Shown: positions 9,181 to 17,879 of the stretch, in pieces
Layout: each line of letters starts with the position of its first letter
How positions within the stretch are numbered: the first letter of the stretch is position 1
Source of the DNA: an uncultured Candidatus Saccharibacteria bacterium
GTDB taxonomy: Bacteria; Patescibacteriota; Minisyncoccia; Phycocordibacterales; CSBR16-119
DNA length: 41,684 nt
Direction: 5' to 3'
Assembly (NCBI GenBank): GCA_964615845.1
Contig: CAZTRC010000006.1
Span: forward strand, 1 to 41,684
Made by a program: the position numbers and the translations under genes
Notes under the pieces: model-generated
Database searches by the model: none
Seen by the model: only the letters and a program-made list of their open reading frames with translations
What the model was told of the DNA's origin: nothing

Positions 9181-9411
9181 TTATTTAAGCCACTCCTTCC
9201 TAGGTATTCCTGACTGTAAAATTATTCCGTTTAATGTGCGGGGTTTTATAGTTTTACTTGTGTGAAAAGGCACACAAACATGACGCAATATTTTATTCAC
9301 CATACCAGTATAGTAATAGTGACTAGCATTTACATAATTTAGTCGAAATCCCCTATCTTCTAAGAAATTTTTTACGTCTTTAAATTTCCAATTAAAAACT
9401 CCGTTTGTCAT
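9181..9411 (-). CDS. hicA: Type II toxin HicA-like mRNA interferase
   Basis: 76 aa. FKDVKNFLEDRGFRL...ASHYYY...VPFHTSKTIKPRTLNGIILQSGI follows the HicA/YcfA pattern (..GSH......P.H...l..GTL..IlkQaG.). Confidence 0.7.
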   Translation of the reverse strand: MTNGVFNWKFKDVKNFLEDRGFRLNYVNASHYYYTGMVNKILRHVCVPFHTSKTIKPRTLNGIILQSGIPRKEWLK

Positions 9412-9416
9412 TGAGA

Positions 9417-9725
9417 TTAAACCCTAGAGTACCCATACATATCTACTAAGAATGGAGATTTTATTGGTTTTGGTGAGTTTAAATTTGTCCACAAGTCTTC
9501 GTACTCCTTGTCTGCTTTCTGATTAAGAGAAAAATGTCTTGTTCCTTTAATTTTAGCACAAGATTCTACGTACCCTGACACGGCCTGCAAAAGCGACAAG
9601 AAAGCAAGTTTTGGATCATCGCTTGATTCAACAATGTTGAACTCCAAAGCCACAGCATACCAAGTATCCTTGTCCTTAAATACTATGTGCCTAAATTTTC
9701 CCTCCTTGGGTGTATTCATATACAA
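9417..9725 (-). CDS. hicB: HicB-like antitoxin (N-terminal HicB fold)
   Basis: 102 aa, lying 5 nt upstream of hicA on the same strand. FKDKDTWYAVALEFNIVESSDDPKLAFLSLLQAVSGYVE resembles the HicB N-domain. No obvious C-terminal HTH/RHH. Confidence 0.5.
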   Translation of the reverse strand: MYMNTPKEGKFRHIVFKDKDTWYAVALEFNIVESSDDPKLAFLSLLQAVSGYVESCAKIKGTRHFSLNQKADKEYEDLWTNLNSPKPIKSPFLVDMYGYSRV

Positions 9726-9779
9726 AAATATACACCATGATTAAATTTATGTCTATGTCGGCAAATGAAGAACAGGATA

Positions 9780-9808
9780 TTGACACTCCCACACTTCTAG
9801 CGTATAAA
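9780..9808 (+). promoter_or_regulatory. Promoter TTGACA-N17-TATAAA for 9858..10217
   Basis: TTGACA at 9780-9785 and TATAAA at 9803-9808. The 49-nt gap to the ATG is C/A-rich (aatcacccctccacgaaccctaaaccc). Confidence 0.6.
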
Positions 9809-9857
9809 TGACCCAGATTCGGTCGTTTCCAATCACCCCTCCACGAACCCTAAACCC

Positions 9858-10217
9858 ATGAAAGCGAAACTCCTGACCTTCTTGGATCTGGCAGCTTGCG
9901 TCGTCCTATACGCACTGCTCCTGCTTTTGCTCGGGCAAATAGCCAAGATCTTCTCACCCCTTACCACCACCTTTTTCGTGCTGATCGGTACCGGATATGG
10001 ATTAGGAGGTGGATGGTTGAGAGCGTCTCTGACCGTCTCCGGCCTCGCCATCTATATCTTGTCCTGGATCGCTTACTGGAATTGGGAATGGAGTACTATG
10101 GGAACACAGCTGATGTGCGGTGCCGGGATCATTACATGGATCTTTGGCTCCTTTCCTCCGCTACTCGAACACATCTTGCCGCAGATCCTTGCAGCAAGGC
10201 ATCGCTTGATAATGTGA
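9858..10217 (+). CDS. Multi-pass membrane protein, hypothetical (G+C-rich orphan cassette)
   Basis: 119 aa with 3-4 hydrophobic helices, its own promoter and a strong terminator. Confidence 0.6.
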   Translation: MKAKLLTFLDLAACVVLYALLLLLLGQIAKIFSPLTTTFFVLIGTGYGLGGGWLRASLTVSGLAIYILSWIAYWNWEWSTMGTQLMCGAGIITWIFGSFPPLLEHILPQILAARHRLIM

Positions 10218-10237
10218 TGCACTACCACGATAACGTG

Positions 10238-10272
10238 GAAGCCCCGGCGAACGCCGGGGCTTCTTCATTTTT
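10238..10272 (+). terminator. Rho-independent terminator
   Basis: gaagccccggcg (10238-10249) pairs perfectly with cgccggggcttc (10252-10263), 12 bp, followed by ttcattttt. Confidence 0.85.
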
Positions 10273-10323
10273 CTAGAAAGGAAATTCTGCGAAGGCTAAG
10301 TGACAATTCCATCTCCCTCCAGC

Positions 10324-10710
10324 TTAATGATTCTGATTATATTCGTCTATGAGACCCGGAATCGATGGGATGACGTCGGTGTTTGGCGTGAAGTATGTCG
10401 GTGGCTGTCCGGCTCGCAAGCGCTCCATGTTTTCGACAAAAGTATGCCAAAGGATGTTTACAATGACTTCTTGCCAAATCCACTGCGCTGGGCCAGCTAG
10501 ATAAGTATTCCAAACATACTGAACGCCATTCCAGACGTATGAGGTGTTTTCTTGGACGGTCTCGTTACCGACGACGTCTTCTTCGACATTGACGCCCGTG
10601 AGACCCAAAATGACCAAGATAATGATCACGATGACAAGATTTCTAATAGTGATGAATCCAGGCATCCCATTAGTGGCTCCAAGATTAGATACATTCATAG
10701 TTCTGTTCAT
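10324..10710 (-). CDS. Membrane-anchored hypothetical protein
   Basis: 128 aa with one TM segment (VIVIIILVILGLTGV) and a Trp/Asn-rich ectodomain. Confidence 0.55.
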   Translation of the reverse strand: MNRTMNVSNLGATNGMPGFITIRNLVIVIIILVILGLTGVNVEEDVVGNETVQENTSYVWNGVQYVWNTYLAGPAQWIWQEVIVNILWHTFVENMERLRAGQPPTYFTPNTDVIPSIPGLIDEYNQNH

Positions 10711-10774
10711 TTTGTTTGCTTGATAGTTTAGCCACTAACGGGACAAGTAAAAAGATATTTTTATTATATCAAAC

Positions 10775-11035
10775 TCATTTGATGGCGCCTTCGGTTTTTA
10801 ACAGTTTGTATTTGGCTGATGATCCACCGCGATTGTAATTGCCAATTTTGCCGTCAGAGCGGATGACTCGGTGGCACGGTACATCTGGCAAGAAATTATT
10901 GGCCATGATGGTCCCGACGGCGCGTGATGCACCAGACTTACCCGCTTTTGTTGCCACTCCTTTGTAAGTCAAAGTCTTCCCTTTCGGGATTTTCCGCACA
11001 ACATCCAAAACTTTTTCTTTGAAAGATTTTTTCAC
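10775..11035 (-). CDS. MGMT-family protein (methylated-DNA-protein-cysteine methyltransferase DNA-binding/active-site domain only)
   Basis: 86 aa. IPKGKTLTYKGVA...RAVGTIMANN...VPCHRVIRSDGKIGNY contains the PCHRV active-site motif. Confidence 0.85.
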   Translation of the reverse strand: MKKSFKEKVLDVVRKIPKGKTLTYKGVATKAGKSGASRAVGTIMANNFLPDVPCHRVIRSDGKIGNYNRGGSSAKYKLLKTEGAIK

Positions 11036-11039
11036 TTTT

Positions 11040-12335
11040 TTATTTAAACATTTCTGGGCTGGCTTTTGGGAGGTACTCGAGCGGATTTAAGTAGAGCGAA
11101 TTCGCCACAACTGGCGTAGTGTAATCCTTGCCCGGACAACCCTTGGACGCCCACGTCGTTACCGATACAGCCGATGCGGGCATCACTCCCACATGCAAGT
11201 GTGGTGCGGTTGAGTAGCCAGTGTTACCGCTGTATGCGACAAGCTGACCAGTCTTTACCCTGTCGCCTTTTTTGACCACGACACTCGTGAGGTGGAAAAA
11301 AGTGCTGGCGAGGCCATTGTCGTATTTGATAAGCACCCACACACCAGTCGAAGCTTTTGGACACACTTGATCGGTATTGCCGGTACCTTCGACTACTCCG
11401 TCGGCCATAGCCAAGACTTTGTCGTTGTTGGCCCGGAAATCGACGCCGGCGTGCTTGCCACTCCATTGCCCTGTGCGATAGCTGTAAAGCTGCTGCGAGC
11501 TCTCGGTCAAACCGAATCCTTGGGTGATAAGGACATGCTCCGTCGGCCAAGCCAGAGTTCCGAATTTGGCTTTCGGATAAGAATTTGGATCGAGATCAAA
11601 TTTCATCTTGGCTTCGATGGCCGCGAGTTCGTCTTCGAAGGCTGCGCGAAGCTTGGTCTTTTCGGCCACGAGCTTTTGGTACGCCGCTTCTTCTTGTTTG
11701 GTCGCATTGAGGAGCGTTGTCTTTTCTTGCTTACTCTTGTCGACCAGAGTTTTCTGGCTCACGACTTCGCCTTTGTAATCGAGGAGTTCTTCTTTCTTGT
11801 CTTCGCGCTCTTCCCTGTCCGATAGGAGGAGTCTTTGTTCGCCGGAGAGATCTCTGATGGCTTCTTGGATGTTTTTATTCAAACTGATGCGATTTTCCGT
11901 CTCGAGGATCGCACCGCTGACGCTGCCTTCCTGGAGCACATGAAAAATGAACGGCATTTTGTCGTTCTCATGGATTGACTGGATACCGCTCTCGATATTT
12001 TTCTTGAAGTTTATGATTTTCTCTTCTTTTTCTTCGATTGTGAGATTAAGGTTTCGGATTTTGGAATCGGTTTCGCTGATTTTACTTTCAGTCAATTTCA
12101 CTTCCGTGCCGAGCTTTTTGACCGTGAGATCAAGCTCGCCCACGGCTTTGTTCAAAGTATTTTTCTGCGCGGAAATGACATCAAGCTTGGCTTGGTCTTT
12201 TGCCAATTCTTGTTCAAGCAAAATCTTGGCTTGTCTTTTTGCCTCAAGCTCAGCTTCGAGGTTTGACTGAGCAAAGGTTTGGCCAAAACTAAAAACCCCA
12301 ACAAGTAAAAGTGTGATAATGACTATTTTCTTCAC
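11040..12335 (-). CDS. M23-family metallopeptidase with an N-terminal coiled coil (EnvC-like)
   Basis: 431 aa with a signal peptide and a long heptad region. The C-terminal HAGVDF...GNTGYSTAPHLHVGV contains the HxxxD and HxH M23 motifs. Confidence 0.85.
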   Translation of the reverse strand: MKKIVIITLLLVGVFSFGQTFAQSNLEAELEAKRQAKILLEQELAKDQAKLDVISAQKNTLNKAVGELDLTVKKLGTEVKLTESKISETDSKIRNLNLTIEEKEEKIINFKKNIESGIQSIHENDKMPFIFHVLQEGSVSGAILETENRISLNKNIQEAIRDLSGEQRLLLSDREEREDKKEELLDYKGEVVSQKTLVDKSKQEKTTLLNATKQEEAAYQKLVAEKTKLRAAFEDELAAIEAKMKFDLDPNSYPKAKFGTLAWPTEHVLITQGFGLTESSQQLYSYRTGQWSGKHAGVDFRANNDKVLAMADGVVEGTGNTDQVCPKASTGVWVLIKYDNGLASTFFHLTSVVVKKGDRVKTGQLVAYSGNTGYSTAPHLHVGVMPASAVSVTTWASKGCPGKDYTTPVVANSLYLNPLEYLPKASPEMFK

Positions 12336-12342
12336 CTTTTGA

Positions 12343-13668
12343 TTATATCAGAAGCTTTTCTCTGGCCTTTTCGATTCGAGCCAGTGTTTCGTCTTTCCCG
12401 AAAATATACGCCAAAGTAAACGGGTCTGGAGATTTGTCTTTACCAGAGAGCGCGTAACGAAGCGGCCAGAGGACGTCGCCACGGCCGACGGATTCGGCGT
12501 AATCCCAGATTGCAGATTTAGTAGTTTCAGCGTCTTTAAAGTCAGCATTTGAAAGCAATTCTTTGGCTTTTTCCAAATGCGCCAAAGTTTTTTCTTTGTC
12601 TGACTTTTTCCAAATCAAACTCGCCACGTCGTACTCCGGCACGGATGTGTAAAATCCAAACTCTTCAGTATTTTCTAAATCTTTCCATTTACTTATGCGC
12701 TCGACGATAGACGGCAAAGCTCGGCGCAAAAGTTCATCCGGTAAATCCAAATACTTTTTGATCTCGCGCACTTGAGCGTCTAGGGACATCTTTTTGATGT
12801 ACTCGCGGTTGTACCAATCGAGTTTTTCAGTATTGAAAACGCCGCCGCCAGTCTGGACTTTTTCGAGCGAGAATTCTTTGACTAGCTCGTCCATGGTGAA
12901 GAGCTCTTGCTCCGTCCCTGGATTCCAGCCGAGGAATGCCAAGTAGTTCAAAATAGCCTCCGGGAGGTATCCCATGTCGCGATAATCGAGGAGAGCCACA
13001 GCACCATGGCGTTTGGAGAGTTTGGTCTTATCGGGCGCCAAAACAAGCGGTATATGGGCATAAACGGGCCTCTCAAAGCCCAAAGCTTCCAAAATAAGGA
13101 TTTGCCGAGGGGTGTTGGCGATGTGTTCCTGGGCCCGGATTACATGACTTACGTTCATGAGACCATCGTCTACTACAACTGTCAAATGGTAGAGCGGCGT
13201 CTCTAAATCCTTGGCGATAACGAAGTCTTTCAGATCCGTGGAATCGATTTCAATGTCGCCCAGTATCACGTCGTTGAATTTTATTTTCTTGTTCGGGTTT
13301 TTGAAGCGAATTACTTCGGCCCTCCTTGCCTCGCCAGAGCCTTCGGCGGAGGCGGGTTCCCTACCCTCTTCTTTTGAAATGTACGCCGCGCCAGAATCAA
13401 TCAGTTTTTTCAGCTGCTCTTTATAAATCTCTGTTCTCTCTGATTGGCGATAAAATTCGTCATGTGCGAGTCCAAGCCATTTGAAAGATTCGATGATGTT
13501 TTCTTCGAACTCAGGCTTGGAGCGTTCTTTGTCCGTGTCTTCAATGCGAAGGATGAATTTGCCGCTATGGTGGCGAGCAAAAAGATAAGAAAAAAGCGCG
13601 GTTCGCGCGGAACCGATATGGAATTTTCCTGTTGGCGATGGCGCCATTCTTGTAACTACTTGTGACAT
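12343..13668 (-). CDS. gltX: Glutamate--tRNA ligase
   Basis: 441 aa. RMAPSPTGKFHIGSARTALFSYLFAR..G.FILRIEDTD and KLSKR are the class I GluRS motifs. Confidence 0.92.
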   Translation of the reverse strand: MSQVVTRMAPSPTGKFHIGSARTALFSYLFARHHSGKFILRIEDTDKERSKPEFEENIIESFKWLGLAHDEFYRQSERTEIYKEQLKKLIDSGAAYISKEEGREPASAEGSGEARRAEVIRFKNPNKKIKFNDVILGDIEIDSTDLKDFVIAKDLETPLYHLTVVVDDGLMNVSHVIRAQEHIANTPRQILILEALGFERPVYAHIPLVLAPDKTKLSKRHGAVALLDYRDMGYLPEAILNYLAFLGWNPGTEQELFTMDELVKEFSLEKVQTGGGVFNTEKLDWYNREYIKKMSLDAQVREIKKYLDLPDELLRRALPSIVERISKWKDLENTEEFGFYTSVPEYDVASLIWKKSDKEKTLAHLEKAKELLSNADFKDAETTKSAIWDYAESVGRGDVLWPLRYALSGKDKSPDPFTLAYIFGKDETLARIEKAREKLLI

Positions 13669-13669
13669 A

Positions 13670-14803
13670 TTATGAATTTTCGTGCGTGAGGGCGATGTTG
13701 ATAATTTCTTTGGCGACTTTCATCTCCGCTTCGGGGAAGACAAACTGCTTGGTCGCTTCGCGCATCTTCGCGGCGAGCTTTTCATCGCCGAGAATCCTCT
13801 CGATCTCTTCGATGAGAACATGCGGGGTCAAATTGGCTTCTTCGACGACACTACAGGCGCCGGTACGGGCATAATTGAAAGCATTGTTTCTCTGATGATC
13901 ACCGTTCGAGTTTGTAATCGGCACGATGATCGATGGCAAACCCCAGCAAGCGATTTCGGCGATCGAATTCGCTCCCGCGCGAGATATTACCAGATTAGCG
14001 ACGCCAGCGCACATGCGGATGGCGAGCTTGTTCAGATATGGATAAGCGTAATAATTTGGCTTGTTCATGGATTCTTTGAGGACGATTTGGCCCAAGTTAC
14101 TGACTTCCTCAAAATTCTTCGTGCCGGTTTGGTGGATGATTTGATATTTTTCTACGAGCTCAGGCAATGCGCTGATGACTGTCTCATTGATAATCTTCGC
14201 GCCTTGTGATCCGCCGAGGATGAAGAGGACCGGAAGACTTGTTTTCAATTTCAAGTATTCGAAAGCGCCATCCTTCAAAGGCTCGCGAACTTCCCTGCGG
14301 ATAATGTGTCCGACGAAAGCGGTTTTGTCTTTGGGAAAATATTCGATGGCTTCTTGGTAAGAGATAGCGATACGCTTGGCCCATTTGGCCGCCATTTTGT
14401 TGGCGCGGCCTGGGACAGAGTCGGACTCATGAATGACAAGCGGGATGCCGAGAAATCTGGCCGCGATCGTCACCGGCACAGCCGGATAGCCGCCTTTGGA
14501 GAAGACGACGTCAGGGAAAATCTTGTAAACCATGATGATGGCGCTCAGAGTCGCGAAGAAAGTTTTGAAGATATCGAAGAAGTTTTGAATCGAGAAATAT
14601 GTGCGTTGCTTGCCGGTTTCCAATTTGAAAAACTTGATACCGTTATCCTCGACAGCGCGCTGATCATAAGGTGAATCGGAAATATAAAAGAGTTCGAGAT
14701 CGATGATCTTTTCTTTGATGGCGAGATCGTTTAGAGCTTCGGCTACGGCAATCAAGGGATAAAAGTGTCCGCCTGTGCCACCGCCTGTTAAAAGTATTTT
14801 CAT
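13670..14803 (-). CDS. murG: Undecaprenyldiphospho-muramoylpentapeptide beta-N-acetylglucosaminyltransferase
   Basis: 377 aa. MKILLTGGGTGGHFYPLIAVAEAL and the C-terminal RAGANSIAE pattern, in a dcw-cluster context. Confidence 0.9.
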   Translation of the reverse strand: MKILLTGGGTGGHFYPLIAVAEALNDLAIKEKIIDLELFYISDSPYDQRAVEDNGIKFFKLETGKQRTYFSIQNFFDIFKTFFATLSAIIMVYKIFPDVVFSKGGYPAVPVTIAARFLGIPLVIHESDSVPGRANKMAAKWAKRIAISYQEAIEYFPKDKTAFVGHIIRREVREPLKDGAFEYLKLKTSLPVLFILGGSQGAKIINETVISALPELVEKYQIIHQTGTKNFEEVSNLGQIVLKESMNKPNYYAYPYLNKLAIRMCAGVANLVISRAGANSIAEIACWGLPSIIVPITNSNGDHQRNNAFNYARTGACSVVEEANLTPHVLIEEIERILGDEKLAAKMREATKQFVFPEAEMKVAKEIINIALTHENS

Positions 14804-14806
14804 AAT

Positions 14807-15910
14807 TTATCTATTTTGTAACTGATACCTCGAAACATTTAGGATGATACCGACCGCAGCCATAGCAATCATGAGACTCGTGCCGCCGTGGCTTATGAAA
14901 ACGAGCGGGACGCCGGTCAAAGGGAAAAGCCCGATGATCGAAGCGATGTTTAGGAATGACTGGGCAAGTAAAAGTATAACAATTCCAGCGACCATTAGTC
15001 TACCGAAAGAGTCCGGCGCGCGATAAGCGATGCGCATACCCCGCAGGCCAAACATCGTAAAGAGGACCACGAGGAGCGTCGTCCCGATAAATCCAAACTC
15101 TTCACCGATGACGGCAAATATAGAATCGCCTTGTGGTTCAGGAAGGTACGTAAACTTCTGCAAACTCTGTCCGAGTCCTCGGCCAAAAACGCCGCCGGAG
15201 CCGATGGCGATGAGGGATTGCTGGAGTTGGAATGATGCTCCTTGGAGATCTGAAGTGGGATTGAGGAATGTCGTGACGCGTTTGAAGAGATAAGGCTTTG
15301 AGAAAGCGAGAACGCCAAACATCATCGCGCCGACGGCGAAAGCTATCAATACATATTTCCACGGCACGCCGGAGAGGACGAGCATCGAAGCCGAGGCGAC
15401 GAAGATGAGGATGATGCTCTTGGTATCCGGTTGCTGGAGGAGGATCGCTGCGACGATACCGAGCATAGCGACGAGCGGCAAGACGCCGTACCGGACTTGC
15501 TTGGCCTTGCCTTTGACCCACGAGAGCCAACCGGCGAAATAAATGACAAAGGCAATTTTCAAAAGCTCAACAGGCTGGAAAGAAATTGGCCCAAGTGAGA
15601 TCCAACGCCGCGCGCCGCCGTGCTCGAAGGAGAGAGAAGGGATGAAAACGAGAAGCGTGAGGCCGATGGAGATGAGGAAAAAATAAAAAGCGTTCTTGCG
15701 CCAGACTTTGTAATCAATTCGTGAGAACCAATACATGAGTCCCCCGCCGAGGACGAGGCCTAAAGCTTGGCTCACGATGATACTCCAAAACTTGGATTCG
15801 CTTCTGGCCAAGACGCCAAAAGAAGCTGAGACAAAACTCAAAAAGCCAATGATGAGGAGCGCAATGACCGTGCCCAAAAAAAATTTATCGACTTTACCGA
15901 CGGATGACAT
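14807..15910 (-). CDS. ftsW: SEDS-family peptidoglycan glycosyltransferase (FtsW/RodA)
   Basis: 367 aa and polytopic. QPVELLKIAFVIYFA, LPEPQGDSIFAVIGEEFGF and GVPLVFISHGGTS are SEDS motifs. Its position upstream of murG favours FtsW. Confidence 0.8.
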   Translation of the reverse strand: MSSVGKVDKFFLGTVIALLIIGFLSFVSASFGVLARSESKFWSIIVSQALGLVLGGGLMYWFSRIDYKVWRKNAFYFFLISIGLTLLVFIPSLSFEHGGARRWISLGPISFQPVELLKIAFVIYFAGWLSWVKGKAKQVRYGVLPLVAMLGIVAAILLQQPDTKSIILIFVASASMLVLSGVPWKYVLIAFAVGAMMFGVLAFSKPYLFKRVTTFLNPTSDLQGASFQLQQSLIAIGSGGVFGRGLGQSLQKFTYLPEPQGDSIFAVIGEEFGFIGTTLLVVLFTMFGLRGMRIAYRAPDSFGRLMVAGIVILLLAQSFLNIASIIGLFPLTGVPLVFISHGGTSLMIAMAAVGIILNVSRYQLQNR

Positions 15911-15983
15911 CCATCAAGTATATCAAAAACAAAGATAGCGCCTTCCCCATATAGAGTTAGGCGCTATCAGATGTATTAAAAGA

Positions 15984-16727
15984 TCACTCTTCCCACAACC
16001 TCTTGGCTGGAAACTGCATGCCGTAAACCTCTTTGGCCATACGCAGCTTCTTTAGGTGATTGACGATCATCTTTTCCACCTCAAGGAGGGACTTCTCGTA
16101 GAGTGGCTTCAGGAGTTCTCTCAAACGCTCAGTGCGTTGACTGTCTTCCATAAGCCCTTCGATCTCGACTTCGGTAATGAAGTCATGACACTCTCGGATG
16201 TAGGATCGCATCTTCCTGAATCCTTCTCGGTGTTCAGGGATTTTGTTCCATCCCATCTTGATCCACTCAGCTTCACGCCTCTCGAGTTCATCGAGTATTC
16301 GTCGATAGTCGCCGATTGGCTTATCGAACCCTGCCGAGGAGACAAAGTTCTTGAGGCCAAAAAAGTCGAGGATGTCGAGTTCGCCATAGTAGTACCTTCT
16401 GTACTCCTCTTTCTTCCTCCAGGCGAACCTGATCATGTGTTCCTCTACATCGATGTCTGCTCGAAGGGTGGAGATATGGAATTTTCGCATAGTGCGTCCA
16501 AGCCCCCATCCGATAGCAGGGATCAGGCCGAATCCAAGCAGTACACCCGCCAGGATACAGATCTGCGTCCAGCGAGGTATCAGATCCTGGTTTTCCGTCA
16601 TAACCATGGCCATCAGACCAATAACGGTAAGCATCAGTAGCGGAAGTGATCCGAACATGAGGAAATTCCCCGAGGTTCGCTGACCAGATCGCTTGGCGAC
16701 CATTTGGCCGAAAGTTTGTCTGTCCAT
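15984..16727 (-). CDS. Hypothetical membrane protein (G+C-rich orphan cassette inside the dcw cluster)
   Basis: 247 aa with two N-terminal TM helices and then a charged helical domain. It has its own promoter and no recognisable family. Confidence 0.6.
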   Translation of the reverse strand: MDRQTFGQMVAKRSGQRTSGNFLMFGSLPLLMLTVIGLMAMVMTENQDLIPRWTQICILAGVLLGFGLIPAIGWGLGRTMRKFHISTLRADIDVEEHMIRFAWRKKEEYRRYYYGELDILDFFGLKNFVSSAGFDKPIGDYRRILDELERREAEWIKMGWNKIPEHREGFRKMRSYIRECHDFITEVEIEGLMEDSQRTERLRELLKPLYEKSLLEVEKMIVNHLKKLRMAKEVYGMQFPAKRLWEE

Positions 16728-16761
16728 GTGGTGTTAGGTTGTGGGTGTGCTATGACTTTAG

Positions 16762-16790
16762 ACACTACTACAAATTAGACCTATTGTCAA
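16762..16790 (-). promoter_or_regulatory. Promoter TTGACA-N17-TAGTGT for 15984..16727
   Basis: On the minus strand: TTGACA (plus 16785-16790) and TAGTGT (plus 16762-16767). It sits in the 68-nt gap after the mraY stop. The leader is cacacccacaacctaacaccac. Confidence 0.55.
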
Positions 16791-16795
16791 TAGCT

Positions 16796-17878
16796 TTAAA
16801 GCAACGCTACGATGACCCCAACCGCTGCGAACATGAGAGAAATGATCCAATAGCGCATGGTGATTTTCTCGCGAGACCAGCCGATGGCTTCAAAGTGATG
16901 ATGAAGCGGCGCGACGCGAAAGACTTTGCCAGAGGGGCCGTACATTTTTTTACTGATGATTTGGATGAAAGAAGACGCGGCTGTAATGACTAGCGGAAAG
17001 CCGATAATCGGGAGGATGAGTACTGTGTCGGTCAGAAAGACGATGACTGTGAGCGCAAACGTAAGCCCAAGCATCCCCGTCTCCCCCATCCAGAACCGGG
17101 CCGGCGGGATGTTGAACCATAGAAATGCGAGGATTGCACCAGAAATGACGAGTGAGAAGGCCGCGATGTCGATCTGATTTTGAAAGAAAGATATGACGGC
17201 GAGCGCAGCAAAGATAATTGACATCACGCCGCCCGCAAGCCCGTCAATACCGTCAATCACGCCCGATGAAAACGTCGCGAGGAATACGAATAGGAAAACC
17301 GGAATGAACCACACGCCGATTTCCAGCGCTTGATGAATAAAAGGAATGAGGATTTGGTGATCGCCGAGCTTTAGGTAAAACCACGCCGCAAAAGCGAGCC
17401 CCGAAAGTGCGACAAGCGTAATCATATAACTTCGCGGGAAACCATTGGCGAAAACGCCGCGCTTCACGTAGATGGTGAGCAGGTCATTCAAGAGTCCCAA
17501 AACCGAACCGACGAGCAACGCGATAAATGGCAAGAGCGTTTGGTTTTTTGAAATAAAATTTAGCTTTTGAGAAATTTCTGAAGGGAAAAATGTAGGGATG
17601 AGAAACAGTAAGATTGCTGAAATACAAATGCTGACCCAAATTATCATGCCCCCGACTCTTGGTGTGTGAAGTTCGGCGTCGCCGTTGTTTAATTTCTTGA
17701 AATCCGGCGACATGGCATCATCGGCGCCGAGTCCGTCGTCGACTTTTCGCGCAACCTTTTTCCACATTTGGAAACGATAAAAGATGTTGGAGAAAATCGG
17801 CGTAATCAAAATACCGATGACGAAAGTCATGACTGCCGGCAAGAAAAGTTTTACCAAACTCAAATCTATTTGCGCCAT
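16796..17878 (-). CDS. mraY: Phospho-N-acetylmuramoyl-pentapeptide transferase
   Basis: 360 aa and polytopic. HTPRVGGMIIW, GVIDGIDGLAGG and APLHHHFE are MraY motifs. Confidence 0.92.
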   Translation of the reverse strand: MAQIDLSLVKLFLPAVMTFVIGILITPIFSNIFYRFQMWKKVARKVDDGLGADDAMSPDFKKLNNGDAELHTPRVGGMIIWVSICISAILLFLIPTFFPSEISQKLNFISKNQTLLPFIALLVGSVLGLLNDLLTIYVKRGVFANGFPRSYMITLVALSGLAFAAWFYLKLGDHQILIPFIHQALEIGVWFIPVFLFVFLATFSSGVIDGIDGLAGGVMSIIFAALAVISFFQNQIDIAAFSLVISGAILAFLWFNIPPARFWMGETGMLGLTFALTVIVFLTDTVLILPIIGFPLVITAASSFIQIISKKMYGPSGKVFRVAPLHHHFEAIGWSREKITMRYWIISLMFAAVGVIVALL

Positions 17879-17879
17879 A

